Positions 26,177-34,366 of a stretch of 47,496 nt of DNA are shown here, in pieces; positions within the stretch are counted from its first letter, which is position 1; the number at the start of each line of letters is the position of its first letter. The stretch lies in assembly GCA_003104935.1 (NCBI GenBank), contig PQAE01000005.1, positions 68,034 through 115,529 on the forward strand, written 5' to 3'. Position numbers and translations under genes: made by a program. The notes beneath the pieces are model-generated. The model made no database searches. It was not told where the DNA came from and saw only the letters and a program-made list of their open reading frames with translations. The stretch is from Parcubacteria group bacterium (GTDB taxonomy: Bacteria; Patescibacteriota; Patescibacteriia; UBA1558; GWA2-36-10).

Positions 26177-28213
26177 TTAGAGTAACATGGCAATGAGTAG
26201 CAGGGCCACCACATTTAATATTTTGATCATAGGATTGATCGCTGGTCCGGCCGTATCTTTATAGGGGTCGCCGACCGTGTCTCCGGTAACGGCGGCCTTG
26301 TGAGCATCTGAACCTTTTCCACCATAATGGCCGGCTTCAATATATTTTTTAGCATTATCCCAGGCCCCGCCTCCGGAGGTCATAGAAATAGCAATAAATA
26401 TTCCGGTAACAATACTGCCCATGAGGAGTCCTCCCAGGACCAGCCAGCCGTTGTCTTTGCCAAAAATCAGCACCACCAGCAAAGGAGCCAGCACCGGCAT
26501 CAGGGCCGGCACTATCATCTGTTTGAGCGCACCTTTAGTAACAATATCCACTGCTTTGTTGTATTCCGGTTTTTCCGTGCCATCCATAATGCCAGGTTTT
26601 TCCCTAAATTGACGGCGCACTTCTTTGACAATATAACCGGCAGTTTTGCCCACGGCTTCCATAGACAGAGCACTAAAGATGTAGGGCAGTAGTCCGCCGA
26701 TAAAGAGCCCGGCAATCACATAGGGATTTTCTAAAGTAAACAAGAAACGCCGCCCGACTTCCAGCAGTTCTTCGGTATAGGCGGCAAACAATACCAGCGA
26801 AGCTAAACCGGCCGAAGCGATAGCATAACCCTTGGTTACAGCTTTAGTAGTGTTGCCGATGGCATCCAAGGGGTCAGTCACATTTCTGACTTCTTCAGGC
26901 AGACCAGCCATCTCGGCGATACCGCCGGCATTGTCAGTGATCGGTCCATAGGCATCGATGGTGACGATCACTCCGGCCAGAGACAACATGCTCATGGCCG
27001 CGATGGCAATACCATAAAGTCCAGCTAGGGAGTAGGCGGCGATAATACCGGCGACGATGACCAGCACCGGCCAAGCAGTCGCTTTCATACCGATAGCTAT
27101 ACCTTGGATGACGTTGGTGCCGTGGCCGGTTTCCGAAGCCTTAGCAATAGATTTGACTGGGTTATATTTGGTAGAGGTAAAATATTCGGTAATCCAAACT
27201 ATCAGAGCGGTTACCACTAGGCCGACCAAACTGGCGTAAAATATATTTAGGTAATTAAGACTAATAATATCACTCATCATGGCCTTGGTAATAAAATAAA
27301 AGCCAATAACAGCGAAAACACCGGCGGCAATCAGTCCCTTGTACAGCGCTTTCATGATACTATCTTTTTCTTTTATTTCCTCCAGACTTTTATTTTTATT
27401 TAGTCTGATAAACCAAAGGCCGAGGAGAGAGGCGATGATAGCCACCGCACCCAGAGCCATAGGATAGAGAATAGCATTATTATTATCTACAAAAGTAAGC
27501 GAGCCTAAAAGCATGGCGGCCACTAGAGTAACGGCATAGGTTTCAAATAAATCAGCAGCCATACCACCACAGTCACCGACATTATCACCGACATTGTCGG
27601 CGATGACGGCCGGGTTGCGCGGATCATCTTCGGGAATACCCACTTCCACCTTACCGACTAAGTCGGCACCGACATCAGCGGCTTTGGTAAAGATACCGCC
27701 ACCGAGACGGGCAAAAACCGAGATTAAACTGCCACCAAAACCCAGACCAATAAGATTTTTTACAGTAATACCGGGTATCAGGTACATCGCCGAGACGCCG
27801 AGCAGAGCCAGGCCAACCACCAGCATGCCGGTGACCGACCCGCCCAAGACCGCCAGCTTAAAAGCCGGCTGAATGCCTTTTTTTGCGGCTTCGGCTGTGC
27901 GCACGTTGGTGCGGACCGAAACATTCATACCGATGATGCCGGCCGTAGCCGAGAGTAAAGCGCCGACCACAAAACAAATAGCCGTGATCCAATCAATGGC
28001 AAAGCCGATGATCAGAAACAAGACTACGGCCAAATAACCGATAGTGGTATATTGCCGGGTCATATAGGCCTTGGCTCCTTCCTGGATAGCGTTGGCGATC
28101 TGAATCATCTTGTCGTCGCCCCGGGGAGCCTGGAGTATTTTTTTGATCAGCACGGCGCCGAAAATAATGGCTATCAGTGCGATTAAGATTGATAATACTT
28201 CTATACTAGGCAT
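26177..28213 (-). CDS. hppA: Membrane-integral proton-translocating pyrophosphatase
   Basis: Has about 16 TM segments, plus DNVGDNVGD and [10 protein letters not shown] motifs. Confidence 0.95.
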   Translation of the reverse strand: MPSIEVLSILIALIAIIFGAVLIKKILQAPRGDDKMIQIANAIQEGAKAYMTRQYTTIGYLAVVLFLIIGFAIDWITAICFVVGALLSATAGIIGMNVSVRTNVRTAEAAKKGIQPAFKLAVLGGSVTGMLVVGLALLGVSAMYLIPGITVKNLIGLGFGGSLISVFARLGGGIFTKAADVGADLVGKVEVGIPEDDPRNPAVIADNVGDNVGDCGGMAADLFETYAVTLVAAMLLGSLTFVDNNNAILYPMALGAVAIIASLLGLWFIRLNKNKSLEEIKEKDSIMKALYKGLIAAGVFAVIGFYFITKAMMSDIISLNYLNIFYASLVGLVVTALIVWITEYFTSTKYNPVKSIAKASETGHGTNVIQGIAIGMKATAWPVLVIVAGIIAAYSLAGLYGIAIAAMSMLSLAGVIVTIDAYGPITDNAGGIAEMAGLPEEVRNVTDPLDAIGNTTKAVTKGYAIASAGLASLVLFAAYTEELLEVGRRFLFTLENPYVIAGLFIGGLLPYIFSALSMEAVGKTAGYIVKEVRRQFREKPGIMDGTEKPEYNKAVDIVTKGALKQMIVPALMPVLAPLLVVLIFGKDNGWLVLGGLLMGSIVTGIFIAISMTSGGGAWDNAKKYIEAGHYGGKGSDAHKAAVTGDTVGDPYKDTAGPAINPMIKILNVVALLLIAMLL

Positions 28214-28231
28214 AGTTGTAAATTAAATTAA

Positions 28232-29530
28232 TTATTTTTTAGATGGTTTTTTAGATTTTTTTACTTTTGGCTTCTCCACCTTTTCCTTTTTTTCTTCTAC
28301 CACTTCTTCCGTTTGTTCGGCGGCCTCGTTGGCGACCTCTTCTTTATTCTCCTCTTTACTTTCATCTTTAATTTCTTCTGGTGCCGCAGTTTCGGCCGGC
28401 TGAGGAACATTTTTTGGCAAAATATCTATTTTCCAGCCGGTTAATTTAGCGGCCAGGCGGGCATTTTGTCCGCTCCGACCTATAGCCAGAGAAAGTTGGT
28501 CGTCTTCCACTATAACTTGGGCGATTTTTTCTTCAGGCTTCATCCTAATTTCGGAGATAGCGGCCGGGCTAAGTGAGTTGGCGATAAAAGCCTTTTCGTC
28601 GGCATTCCATTCAATAATATCTATCTTTTCTCCGCCCAATTCGCTGATGACGGTCTGGACGCGAGCGCCTTTTTGGCCCACACAGGAGCCGACTGGATCG
28701 ATATTATCATCATTGGCGGCCACGGCAATCTTGGTGCGGGAGCCGGCCTCGCGGGCAATCGCTTTTATTTCTACGGTACCGGCGGCGATTTCCGGAACCT
28801 CCATGGTAAAGAGCTCGCGGACGATCTCCGGATGGGTGCGGGAGAGGATTATTTCCGGTCCTTTGGTGCCCATGCGCACTTCGGTAATAAAAAAGTTTAA
28901 TCTGGTGCCGATATTATAACCCTCATTTCTTATTTGTTCTTCCGGAGGCAGGATGCCGTTGGCCTGGCCCAGGTCCACGATAAAGCGCCGGCCGGCTCTT
29001 TGTTGAATAGTACCCAGAACCAATTGTTTTTCCTTATCCTTATATTCATCAAAGATGTGGTCTCTTTCCGCTTCTCTTAATCTTTGCACAATAACTTGTT
29101 TGGCAGTCTGGGCGGCCATGCGTCCGTATTCTTCCGGCACCGGTAATTTGGTTTCGATGACATCACCGATTTTGTAGTCGGGATTTACTTTGACGGCCTC
29201 ACTCAGCATAATTTCGCTACGGGAGTTAAATTTTTTGATCTGTTCTTCTTCGGGGATTTCCTCGCCGGCTTCTTTGCGCAGACGCATTTCTTCCAGCGCT
29301 TTTTCCTGCGCCTCGAGGTCAACGTCTTCGACTACGGTCTTGACGTCAAAGACCGCCGCTTGTCCGTTGTCGGCATTGAAAACGACCTTGATGTTTTGAT
29401 TGGGCTCGCCAAACTCCTTGCGGTAGGCGGCGGCCAGAGCCGCTTCGATCGCCCCGATGACCGCTTCCATGGACAGATTTTTTTCATCACAAATCTGTTT
29501 GATAGCGGCTACGATGTTGTTAGTTGCCAT
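28232..29530 (-). CDS. nusA: Transcription termination/antitermination factor NusA with a Lys/Glu-rich tail
   Basis: Has an S1 region and two KH regions (GRSGQNARLAAKLTGWKIDI). The C-terminal ~60 aa are highly charged. Confidence 0.95.
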   Translation of the reverse strand: MATNNIVAAIKQICDEKNLSMEAVIGAIEAALAAAYRKEFGEPNQNIKVVFNADNGQAAVFDVKTVVEDVDLEAQEKALEEMRLRKEAGEEIPEEEQIKKFNSRSEIMLSEAVKVNPDYKIGDVIETKLPVPEEYGRMAAQTAKQVIVQRLREAERDHIFDEYKDKEKQLVLGTIQQRAGRRFIVDLGQANGILPPEEQIRNEGYNIGTRLNFFITEVRMGTKGPEIILSRTHPEIVRELFTMEVPEIAAGTVEIKAIAREAGSRTKIAVAANDDNIDPVGSCVGQKGARVQTVISELGGEKIDIIEWNADEKAFIANSLSPAAISEIRMKPEEKIAQVIVEDDQLSLAIGRSGQNARLAAKLTGWKIDILPKNVPQPAETAAPEEIKDESKEENKEEVANEAAEQTEEVVEEKKEKVEKPKVKKSKKPSKK

Positions 29531-29581
29531 AAATTTCGTAATTTAATGAATTTTTGTTTATTTATCCGCTCAACGGGCTGT

Positions 29582-29614
29582 TCCGCCACTGGCGGACAGA
29601 CGCCCCCTCGGGCG
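29582..29614. repeat. Two GC-rich hairpins in the nusA leader
   Basis: tccgcc-act-ggcgga (29582-29596) and cgccc-cctc-gggcg (29601-29614). They belong to the same family as the hairpins at the tRNA loci. Confidence 0.6.
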
Positions 29615-29615
29615 A

Positions 29616-29648
29616 AAAAAATAGTTAGTCTACTATCGTAAACTAACT
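29616..29648 (-). terminator. Terminator-like hairpin plus T7 inside the nusA leader (possible attenuator)
   Basis: The minus strand reads agttagt-(12 nt)-actaact followed by attttttt. It lies downstream of the promoter at 29658-29686. Confidence 0.35.
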
Positions 29649-29657
29649 TTCATACCC

Positions 29658-29686
29658 AATATACTCTTTTATAAGGAATTAGTCAA
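29658..29686 (-). promoter_or_regulatory. Promoter TTGACT-17-TATATT
   Basis: On the minus strand: -35 at 29681-29686 and -10 at 29658-29663. Confidence 0.45.
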
Positions 29687-29828
29687 CTGGGGTCGATGGC
29701 TTTATATTATTCCAGAGCAGGGTGGTATCATAACTATAGTCTCTAGTGTAGTCGGTTATAGCAAAGTTTATATAATCTACAGTAGAAGTGGCTAATCTGT
29801 TTAGATCATCGTAAGTATAAAGGGGCTA

Positions 29829-30182
29829 TTAGATTAATAGCCGTCTGAGCTGAGCTCGGCCATTTTTTAAATCAATTATCAGTATTTCTATCTGCCACTG
29901 GCCGGTTAAATTTAATTTTTCCTGAGCCCAGAGGCAACTATTTTCCAAGCGCTCAATTTTTGCCTGATCAATACATTCCTCAGCCCAGCCATATTTTTTA
30001 CCTCGACGAGTTTTGACTTCTATAGCCAAATAAAAGTCATTTTTTTTCAGCAGTAAATCAATTTCTCCGTAGGGAGTGCGAAAATTTTTTGCTAAAGTCC
30101 GCCAACCCAGTTGTTGGTAGTATTTTTCGGCTAATTGCTCGCCCCAGACGCCCAGTTTTTGCTTATATTTTTTTACTGACAT
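29829..30182 (-). CDS. YraN-family (UPF0102) endonuclease-like protein
   Basis: GEIDLLLKK...AIEVKTRR motif, 117 aa. Confidence 0.8.
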   Translation of the reverse strand: MSVKKYKQKLGVWGEQLAEKYYQQLGWRTLAKNFRTPYGEIDLLLKKNDFYLAIEVKTRRGKKYGWAEECIDQAKIERLENSCLWAQEKLNLTGQWQIEILIIDLKNGRAQLRRLLI

Positions 30183-30226
30183 AAAAAGCAGGTTTTATCT
30201 GGCCTGCTTTTTTGGTAAAATTATTT

Positions 30227-30634
30227 TTAACTATTTTTTGGCAACCATTTTTTAAACTCCGCTTCTTGGTGCATTTCCTTCTTTTTTCGCGGTATGGTCC
30301 AGAACCAATATTTGATGATGAAAATACCCCAAACTAAGATCAATAAAAGCCATAAAATCAGCCAAAGGCGGGAGCCCAGATAGGCGGCACGGGTCTCACG
30401 GAAAGCCACCAGCAGCAACCCGACCAGGCCGGTGGACCAGCCCCAGACCTGCCATTTGCGCCAGCCCCGTTTGTGGATATTCATGGCTTGCGTCCGGCGC
30501 AGACCGGCGACCAAACCAAAAACCAGACTCAAAATAAAGACCGTCAGTAAGCCAATTTTAAAAGGGGTTGATAAAGGGTCGGCGTAGGGAGCAAAAAGAT
30601 AGTGCAAATCTAAAAATTTTTTAAAATCAATCAT
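30227..30634 (-). CDS. Hypothetical membrane protein (3-4 TM, Trp-rich)
   Basis: The ATG at 30634 (MIDFKKF) is preferred over the upstream TTG. Hydrophobic segments are present. No family was recognised. Confidence 0.5.
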   Translation of the reverse strand: MIDFKKFLDLHYLFAPYADPLSTPFKIGLLTVFILSLVFGLVAGLRRTQAMNIHKRGWRKWQVWGWSTGLVGLLLVAFRETRAAYLGSRLWLILWLLLILVWGIFIIKYWFWTIPRKKKEMHQEAEFKKWLPKNS

Positions 30635-30802
30635 ATATTTCAATCGTCTATATATTAGGCAAAACAAAAAATAAAGTCAACCCCGTTAGAGCGGACACTT
30701 TAGTAGTTAATGGTAACATTAAAATTATTGAATAAATAAAATAACCGTGGAGTGATTCATATCAGCTCTAACGGGCTCAATCAGGACTTTATTTGTTATA
30801 AA

Positions 30803-31414
30803 TTAAGCGGTTTTATTAAAAATCAAACCAAAGTGGTAATGACCGGCTTTAAACTCGCGCACCAAATCCAGACTAAAACGCGCGGCCGTCTCAATAATTT
30901 TTTTAGGATCTACCTGCCGGTCAGAATTTGGAGCAAAGCCGGGGCGGGTGTCACTCCAGTCTATCACTAGCAGTTTGCCGCCGACCTTGAGCAGGCGAGC
31001 GGCCTCGGTTAGAATCTCTTCGTGTTTTTTGGACTGAAACAAAACATTGATCAGTAAGGCGAAGTCTAGCATATTTTCTTTGATCTTGGTGGCGCCGACC
31101 ATTTCCAGATTGCTCCAGACCGTCTTGATATTATCCAGGCCGGTCATGCGAGCCTTAGACTCGATATCGCCTAAAACATGTTTCATGACATCGACGGCAT
31201 AGACTTGGCCCTGGGGGCCGACTATCCTGGCGGCACTGATGCAAAACATACCGCCGCCCGCACCCAAGTCGCCGACCACGTGGCGCGGGCCAACCAAAAG
31301 CACATCCCTTAATATGGCACCGGCATCGAGTAATTCGCTTTTGCCGAAAACCTGCCGTTGGTTAGGACCCGGAGTGTAATTATTATCTGTAGTAGTGGTA
31401 GTAGCTGTTTCCAT
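30803..31414 (-). CDS. Class I SAM-dependent methyltransferase
   Basis: Motif I VGDLGAGGGMF, followed by YAVDV. Confidence 0.75.
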   Translation of the reverse strand: METATTTTTDNNYTPGPNQRQVFGKSELLDAGAILRDVLLVGPRHVVGDLGAGGGMFCISAARIVGPQGQVYAVDVMKHVLGDIESKARMTGLDNIKTVWSNLEMVGATKIKENMLDFALLINVLFQSKKHEEILTEAARLLKVGGKLLVIDWSDTRPGFAPNSDRQVDPKKIIETAARFSLDLVREFKAGHYHFGLIFNKTA

Positions 31415-31515
31415 TTTAGTTTTTGACTATACTATTATATCAAAAAATAGCCGGCTAAGCCAGAGAAAGAAATTATTGGCAATACCAAGAAAATAAGGTA
31501 TTATTTAAACAATAT

Positions 31516-32058
31516 ATGAGTATGGTCCAGACAATTTTGGCATTAACCTGGTTTTTTCTGCCGGCTGGGGTGGCCAACATGGCGGCGGCCATTTCCCGCT
31601 ATCTTCCAATTTTGGATTATCCCCTTGACGGAAATAAAAAGTTTTACGGCCAGCCGATTTTTGGGTCGCATAAGACTTATCGCGGTTTATTTTTCGGATT
31701 ATTGGCGGCGATCATTTTTGTCTATATCCAAAGATGGCTGGCGCCCAGCTTGGCCGAGTACAATATAGTAGATTATCAGCATTCGGATATTTGGCTCTTT
31801 GGTTTGATGATGGGACTGGGAGTGATGCTGGGCGATCTGGCGCGGAGTTTTATCAAAAGGCGTTTCGGCCTGCCACCGGGTCAGCCCTGGTTTCCCTGGG
31901 ATCAACTGGATTGGATTATCGGAGCGATAATATTTACTTATTGGTATCAGCCTCTACCTTGGGGGATGATACTTATAGCCGTGATCTTGGCGGTGGTTGT
32001 GCATCCGCTAGTAAATTATCTTTCCTATCTGGCTAAGATACAGAATCATAAATTTTAA
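31516..32058 (+). CDS. CDP-archaeol synthase family (CarS/DUF46-like) integral membrane protein
   Basis: FFLPAGVANMAAA...PLDGNKKFYGQPIFGSHKTYRGLFFG matches the CarS pattern LPAxxAN...P.D.G...G.GKTxRG. About 5 TM segments. Confidence 0.65.
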   Translation: MSMVQTILALTWFFLPAGVANMAAAISRYLPILDYPLDGNKKFYGQPIFGSHKTYRGLFFGLLAAIIFVYIQRWLAPSLAEYNIVDYQHSDIWLFGLMMGLGVMLGDLARSFIKRRFGLPPGQPWFPWDQLDWIIGAIIFTYWYQPLPWGMILIAVILAVVVHPLVNYLSYLAKIQNHKF

Positions 32059-32059
32059 T

Positions 32060-33856
32060 ATGTGCGGTATTGTCGGTTACATCGGTAAACGCGACTCGGT
32101 TAATATTTTAATTAACGGTTTGCATAAGCTGGAATACCGGGGCTATGACAGCGCCGGTATTTGTGTTTTGGATAACGAAAATCTATCTCTAGTCAAGGAG
32201 CAAGGTCAAATCGAGGCGCTGGTCAGCCGCTTGTCCAGCCGGCCTATATCGGGAGCGATCGGTATTGCCCATACCCGCTGGGCGACGCACGGTGAACCCA
32301 GCGAGCGCAACGCCCACCCTCACATGGATTGCCATGGCGACATTGCCATAGTGCATAACGGTATTATAGAAAACTATCAAAGCTTAAAAAAATTATTGCA
32401 GGACGAAGGACATAAAATAGTATCTCAGACTGACTCGGAAATATTTGCCCACCTGGTAGAAAAATTTTATCAGGGCGACTTGGAACAGGCAGTCCGTAGC
32501 GCCCTACAACTGGTTGAAGGGGCATATGGTTTGGCCGTACTGCATCGCCAGGAGCGGAAAATAATAGCGGCGCGGCGCGGTTCGCCTCTGATTTTAGGCC
32601 TGGGACTGGGTGAGATGTATATCGCTTCCGATGTGCCGGCTATTTTACAGCACACCAAGGAGATTGTTTATCTGGATGATAATGAGTTGGCCGAGGTGAC
32701 TGCAGACGGATACAATATTAAAAATCTGTCCGGCCAAGTCGTCGATAAAAACATCGAGCATATAAAATGGAGCGTGGAGGAGCTGGAGAAAAAGGGTTAT
32801 AAGCATTTTATGCTTAAGGAAATTTTTGAGCAACCAGAAGCCATCGCCAATACTTTAAGGGGAAGGGTGAAAAACGGGCAGATTAAACTAAGTCTGAATT
32901 TGCCTAAAAAAATTCAACGCATTATCATCAGCGCCTGCGGCACCAGCTGGCACTCTGGTTTAATCGGAAAATATTTATTGGAATCCCTGTCCGGCATCAT
33001 CACCGAGGTTGATTATGCTTCCGAATTCCGCTACCGCCAGCCGCTCATCGGTCCGGAGGATTTACTGATCGTCATTTCTCAGTCGGGCGAAACGGCCGAT
33101 ACTTTAGGCGCTCTGCGTGAAGCTAAGGCCCGCGGCGCTCATACATTGGGGATAGTGAATGTTGTGGGTTCCACCATCAGTCGGGAAGTGGAATCGGGTA
33201 TTTATTTGCATGCCGGACCGGAAATCGGCGTAGCCAGCACCAAAGCTTTTAGCTGCCAGGTCACCGCTTTGCTCGTCCTGGCATTATTTTTGCGGCAGGA
33301 ATCCGGCCGAGAGCTGGATCAGGATCTTTTATCAGAGTTGGATAAATTGTCGGAGTATATAAATAAATCTTTGGAGCAGGATCAGGTAGCACAGGAAATT
33401 GCCGACAAATTTAAAGCAGTGAAAAACTTTCTATATCTGGGCCGGGGATTGAATTTTCCCGTGGCCCTAGAAGGAGCGCTAAAGCTCAAAGAAATTTCCT
33501 ATATCCATGCCGAGGGCTATCCGGCCGCCGAGATCAAACACGGACCGATCGCCCTGGTGGACAAAAAAATGCCGGTGGTTTTTCTGGCCAGCAAAAGCCA
33601 TCTTTCTCCCAAACTGATCAGCAATATGCAGGAGATAAAGGCGCGCGGAGGCATTATTATTTCCGTAACTAATAATCAGGAAGAAGAGGTAGCCAAACAA
33701 AGCGATTATGTGCTGACCGTGCCCCAGGTGCGTGATGAGCTGTCGCCGATTATAAATGTCATACCCTTACAACTCCTGGCTTACCATATTGCCGACTTGC
33801 GCGGGTTGGACGTAGATAAACCTAGAAACTTAGCAAAGAGCGTGACAGTGGAATAG
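32060..33856 (+). CDS. glmS: Glutamine--fructose-6-phosphate aminotransferase
   Basis: N-terminal MCGIVGY (catalytic Cys2), two SIS domains, and C-terminal KSVTVE. Confidence 0.95.
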   Translation: MCGIVGYIGKRDSVNILINGLHKLEYRGYDSAGICVLDNENLSLVKEQGQIEALVSRLSSRPISGAIGIAHTRWATHGEPSERNAHPHMDCHGDIAIVHNGIIENYQSLKKLLQDEGHKIVSQTDSEIFAHLVEKFYQGDLEQAVRSALQLVEGAYGLAVLHRQERKIIAARRGSPLILGLGLGEMYIASDVPAILQHTKEIVYLDDNELAEVTADGYNIKNLSGQVVDKNIEHIKWSVEELEKKGYKHFMLKEIFEQPEAIANTLRGRVKNGQIKLSLNLPKKIQRIIISACGTSWHSGLIGKYLLESLSGIITEVDYASEFRYRQPLIGPEDLLIVISQSGETADTLGALREAKARGAHTLGIVNVVGSTISREVESGIYLHAGPEIGVASTKAFSCQVTALLVLALFLRQESGRELDQDLLSELDKLSEYINKSLEQDQVAQEIADKFKAVKNFLYLGRGLNFPVALEGALKLKEISYIHAEGYPAAEIKHGPIALVDKKMPVVFLASKSHLSPKLISNMQEIKARGGIIISVTNNQEEEVAKQSDYVLTVPQVRDELSPIINVIPLQLLAYHIADLRGLDVDKPRNLAKSVTVE

Positions 33857-33864
33857 TTTATATC

Positions 33865-33893
33865 TTGACCAGGATAAGGGTTTAGGGTATTAT
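33865..33893 (+). promoter_or_regulatory. Promoter TTGACC-17-TATTAT
   Basis: Precedes the tRNA-Glu-like fragment, tRNA-Glu and the 3' fragment. Confidence 0.5.
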
Positions 33894-33945
33894 AAGCTAC
33901 GTTATTAATTTTATAGCTCCATCCCCGGATTAAGTCCGGGACAAG

Positions 33946-34042
33946 CTACGTGGTTAGTCCGCCAGAGGCGGACAGGGACACCAGGTTTTTCCCGCCAATG
34001 GCGGGACCCCGCCCTGGCTATGGCCAGAGGCGGTGGCATCCC
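33946..34042 (+). pseudogene. tRNA-Glu 5'-half-like fragment split by three GC hairpins
   Basis: ctacgtggttag (D-loop-like), then tccgcc-aga-ggcgga, then gacaccaggtttt (13/13), then cccgcc-aat-ggcggg and ccgcc.ctggc-tatg-gccag.ggcgg, then catcc. Confidence 0.55.
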
Positions 34043-34113
34043 TAATGATAAGAAACTTAAAAACATTTTGATAAATATAATAAGAGGTTAGTTCTTCTTG
34101 GTGACCCGACAAC

Positions 34114-34188
34114 GGCCCCATCGTCTAATGGTTAGGACACCAGGTTTTCATCCTGGCAATTCGGGTTCGATTCCCGGTGGGGTCACCA
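34114..34188 (+). tRNA. tRNA-Glu (anticodon UUC), CCA encoded
   Basis: Acceptor ggcccca/tggggtc, anticodon arm ccagg-ttTTCat-cctgg, and T arm tcggg-ttcgatt-cccgg. Confidence 0.95.
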
Positions 34189-34206
34189 AGAAGAACTTAG
34201 CTCTAA

Positions 34207-34313
34207 CAATTCGGGTTCTGGGCCAAAGGCCCATCCGCCTCTGGTGGAGATTCCCGGCTTTGCCCCGCGGAGTTCCGAGCGAAGTCGAGGGACGAAGTGG
34301 GGTGGGGTCACCA
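34207..34313 (+). pseudogene. tRNA-Glu 3'-half-like fragment split by hairpins
   Basis: caattcgggttc (12/12), then tgggcc-aaa-ggccca and tccgcc-tct-ggtgga, then gattcccgg (9/9), then a 45-nt insert, then tggggtcacca (11/11). Confidence 0.65.
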
Positions 34314-34366
34314 AAAAACACTCATCTAAGGAGGGGTATTTTTTGATAATTTAAAGACCTAAGATA

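Noticed and set aside
26327-27872. Plus-strand ORFs of 60-121 aa opposite hppA. The same applies to antisense ORFs within nusA, polA, valS, pilB and glmS.
   Set aside because: They are nested antisense to genes with unambiguous family motifs, and they have no independent start signals.
34098-34346. 82-aa ORF on the plus strand.
   Set aside because: It reads straight through tRNA-Glu and its 3' fragment, so it is an artefact.
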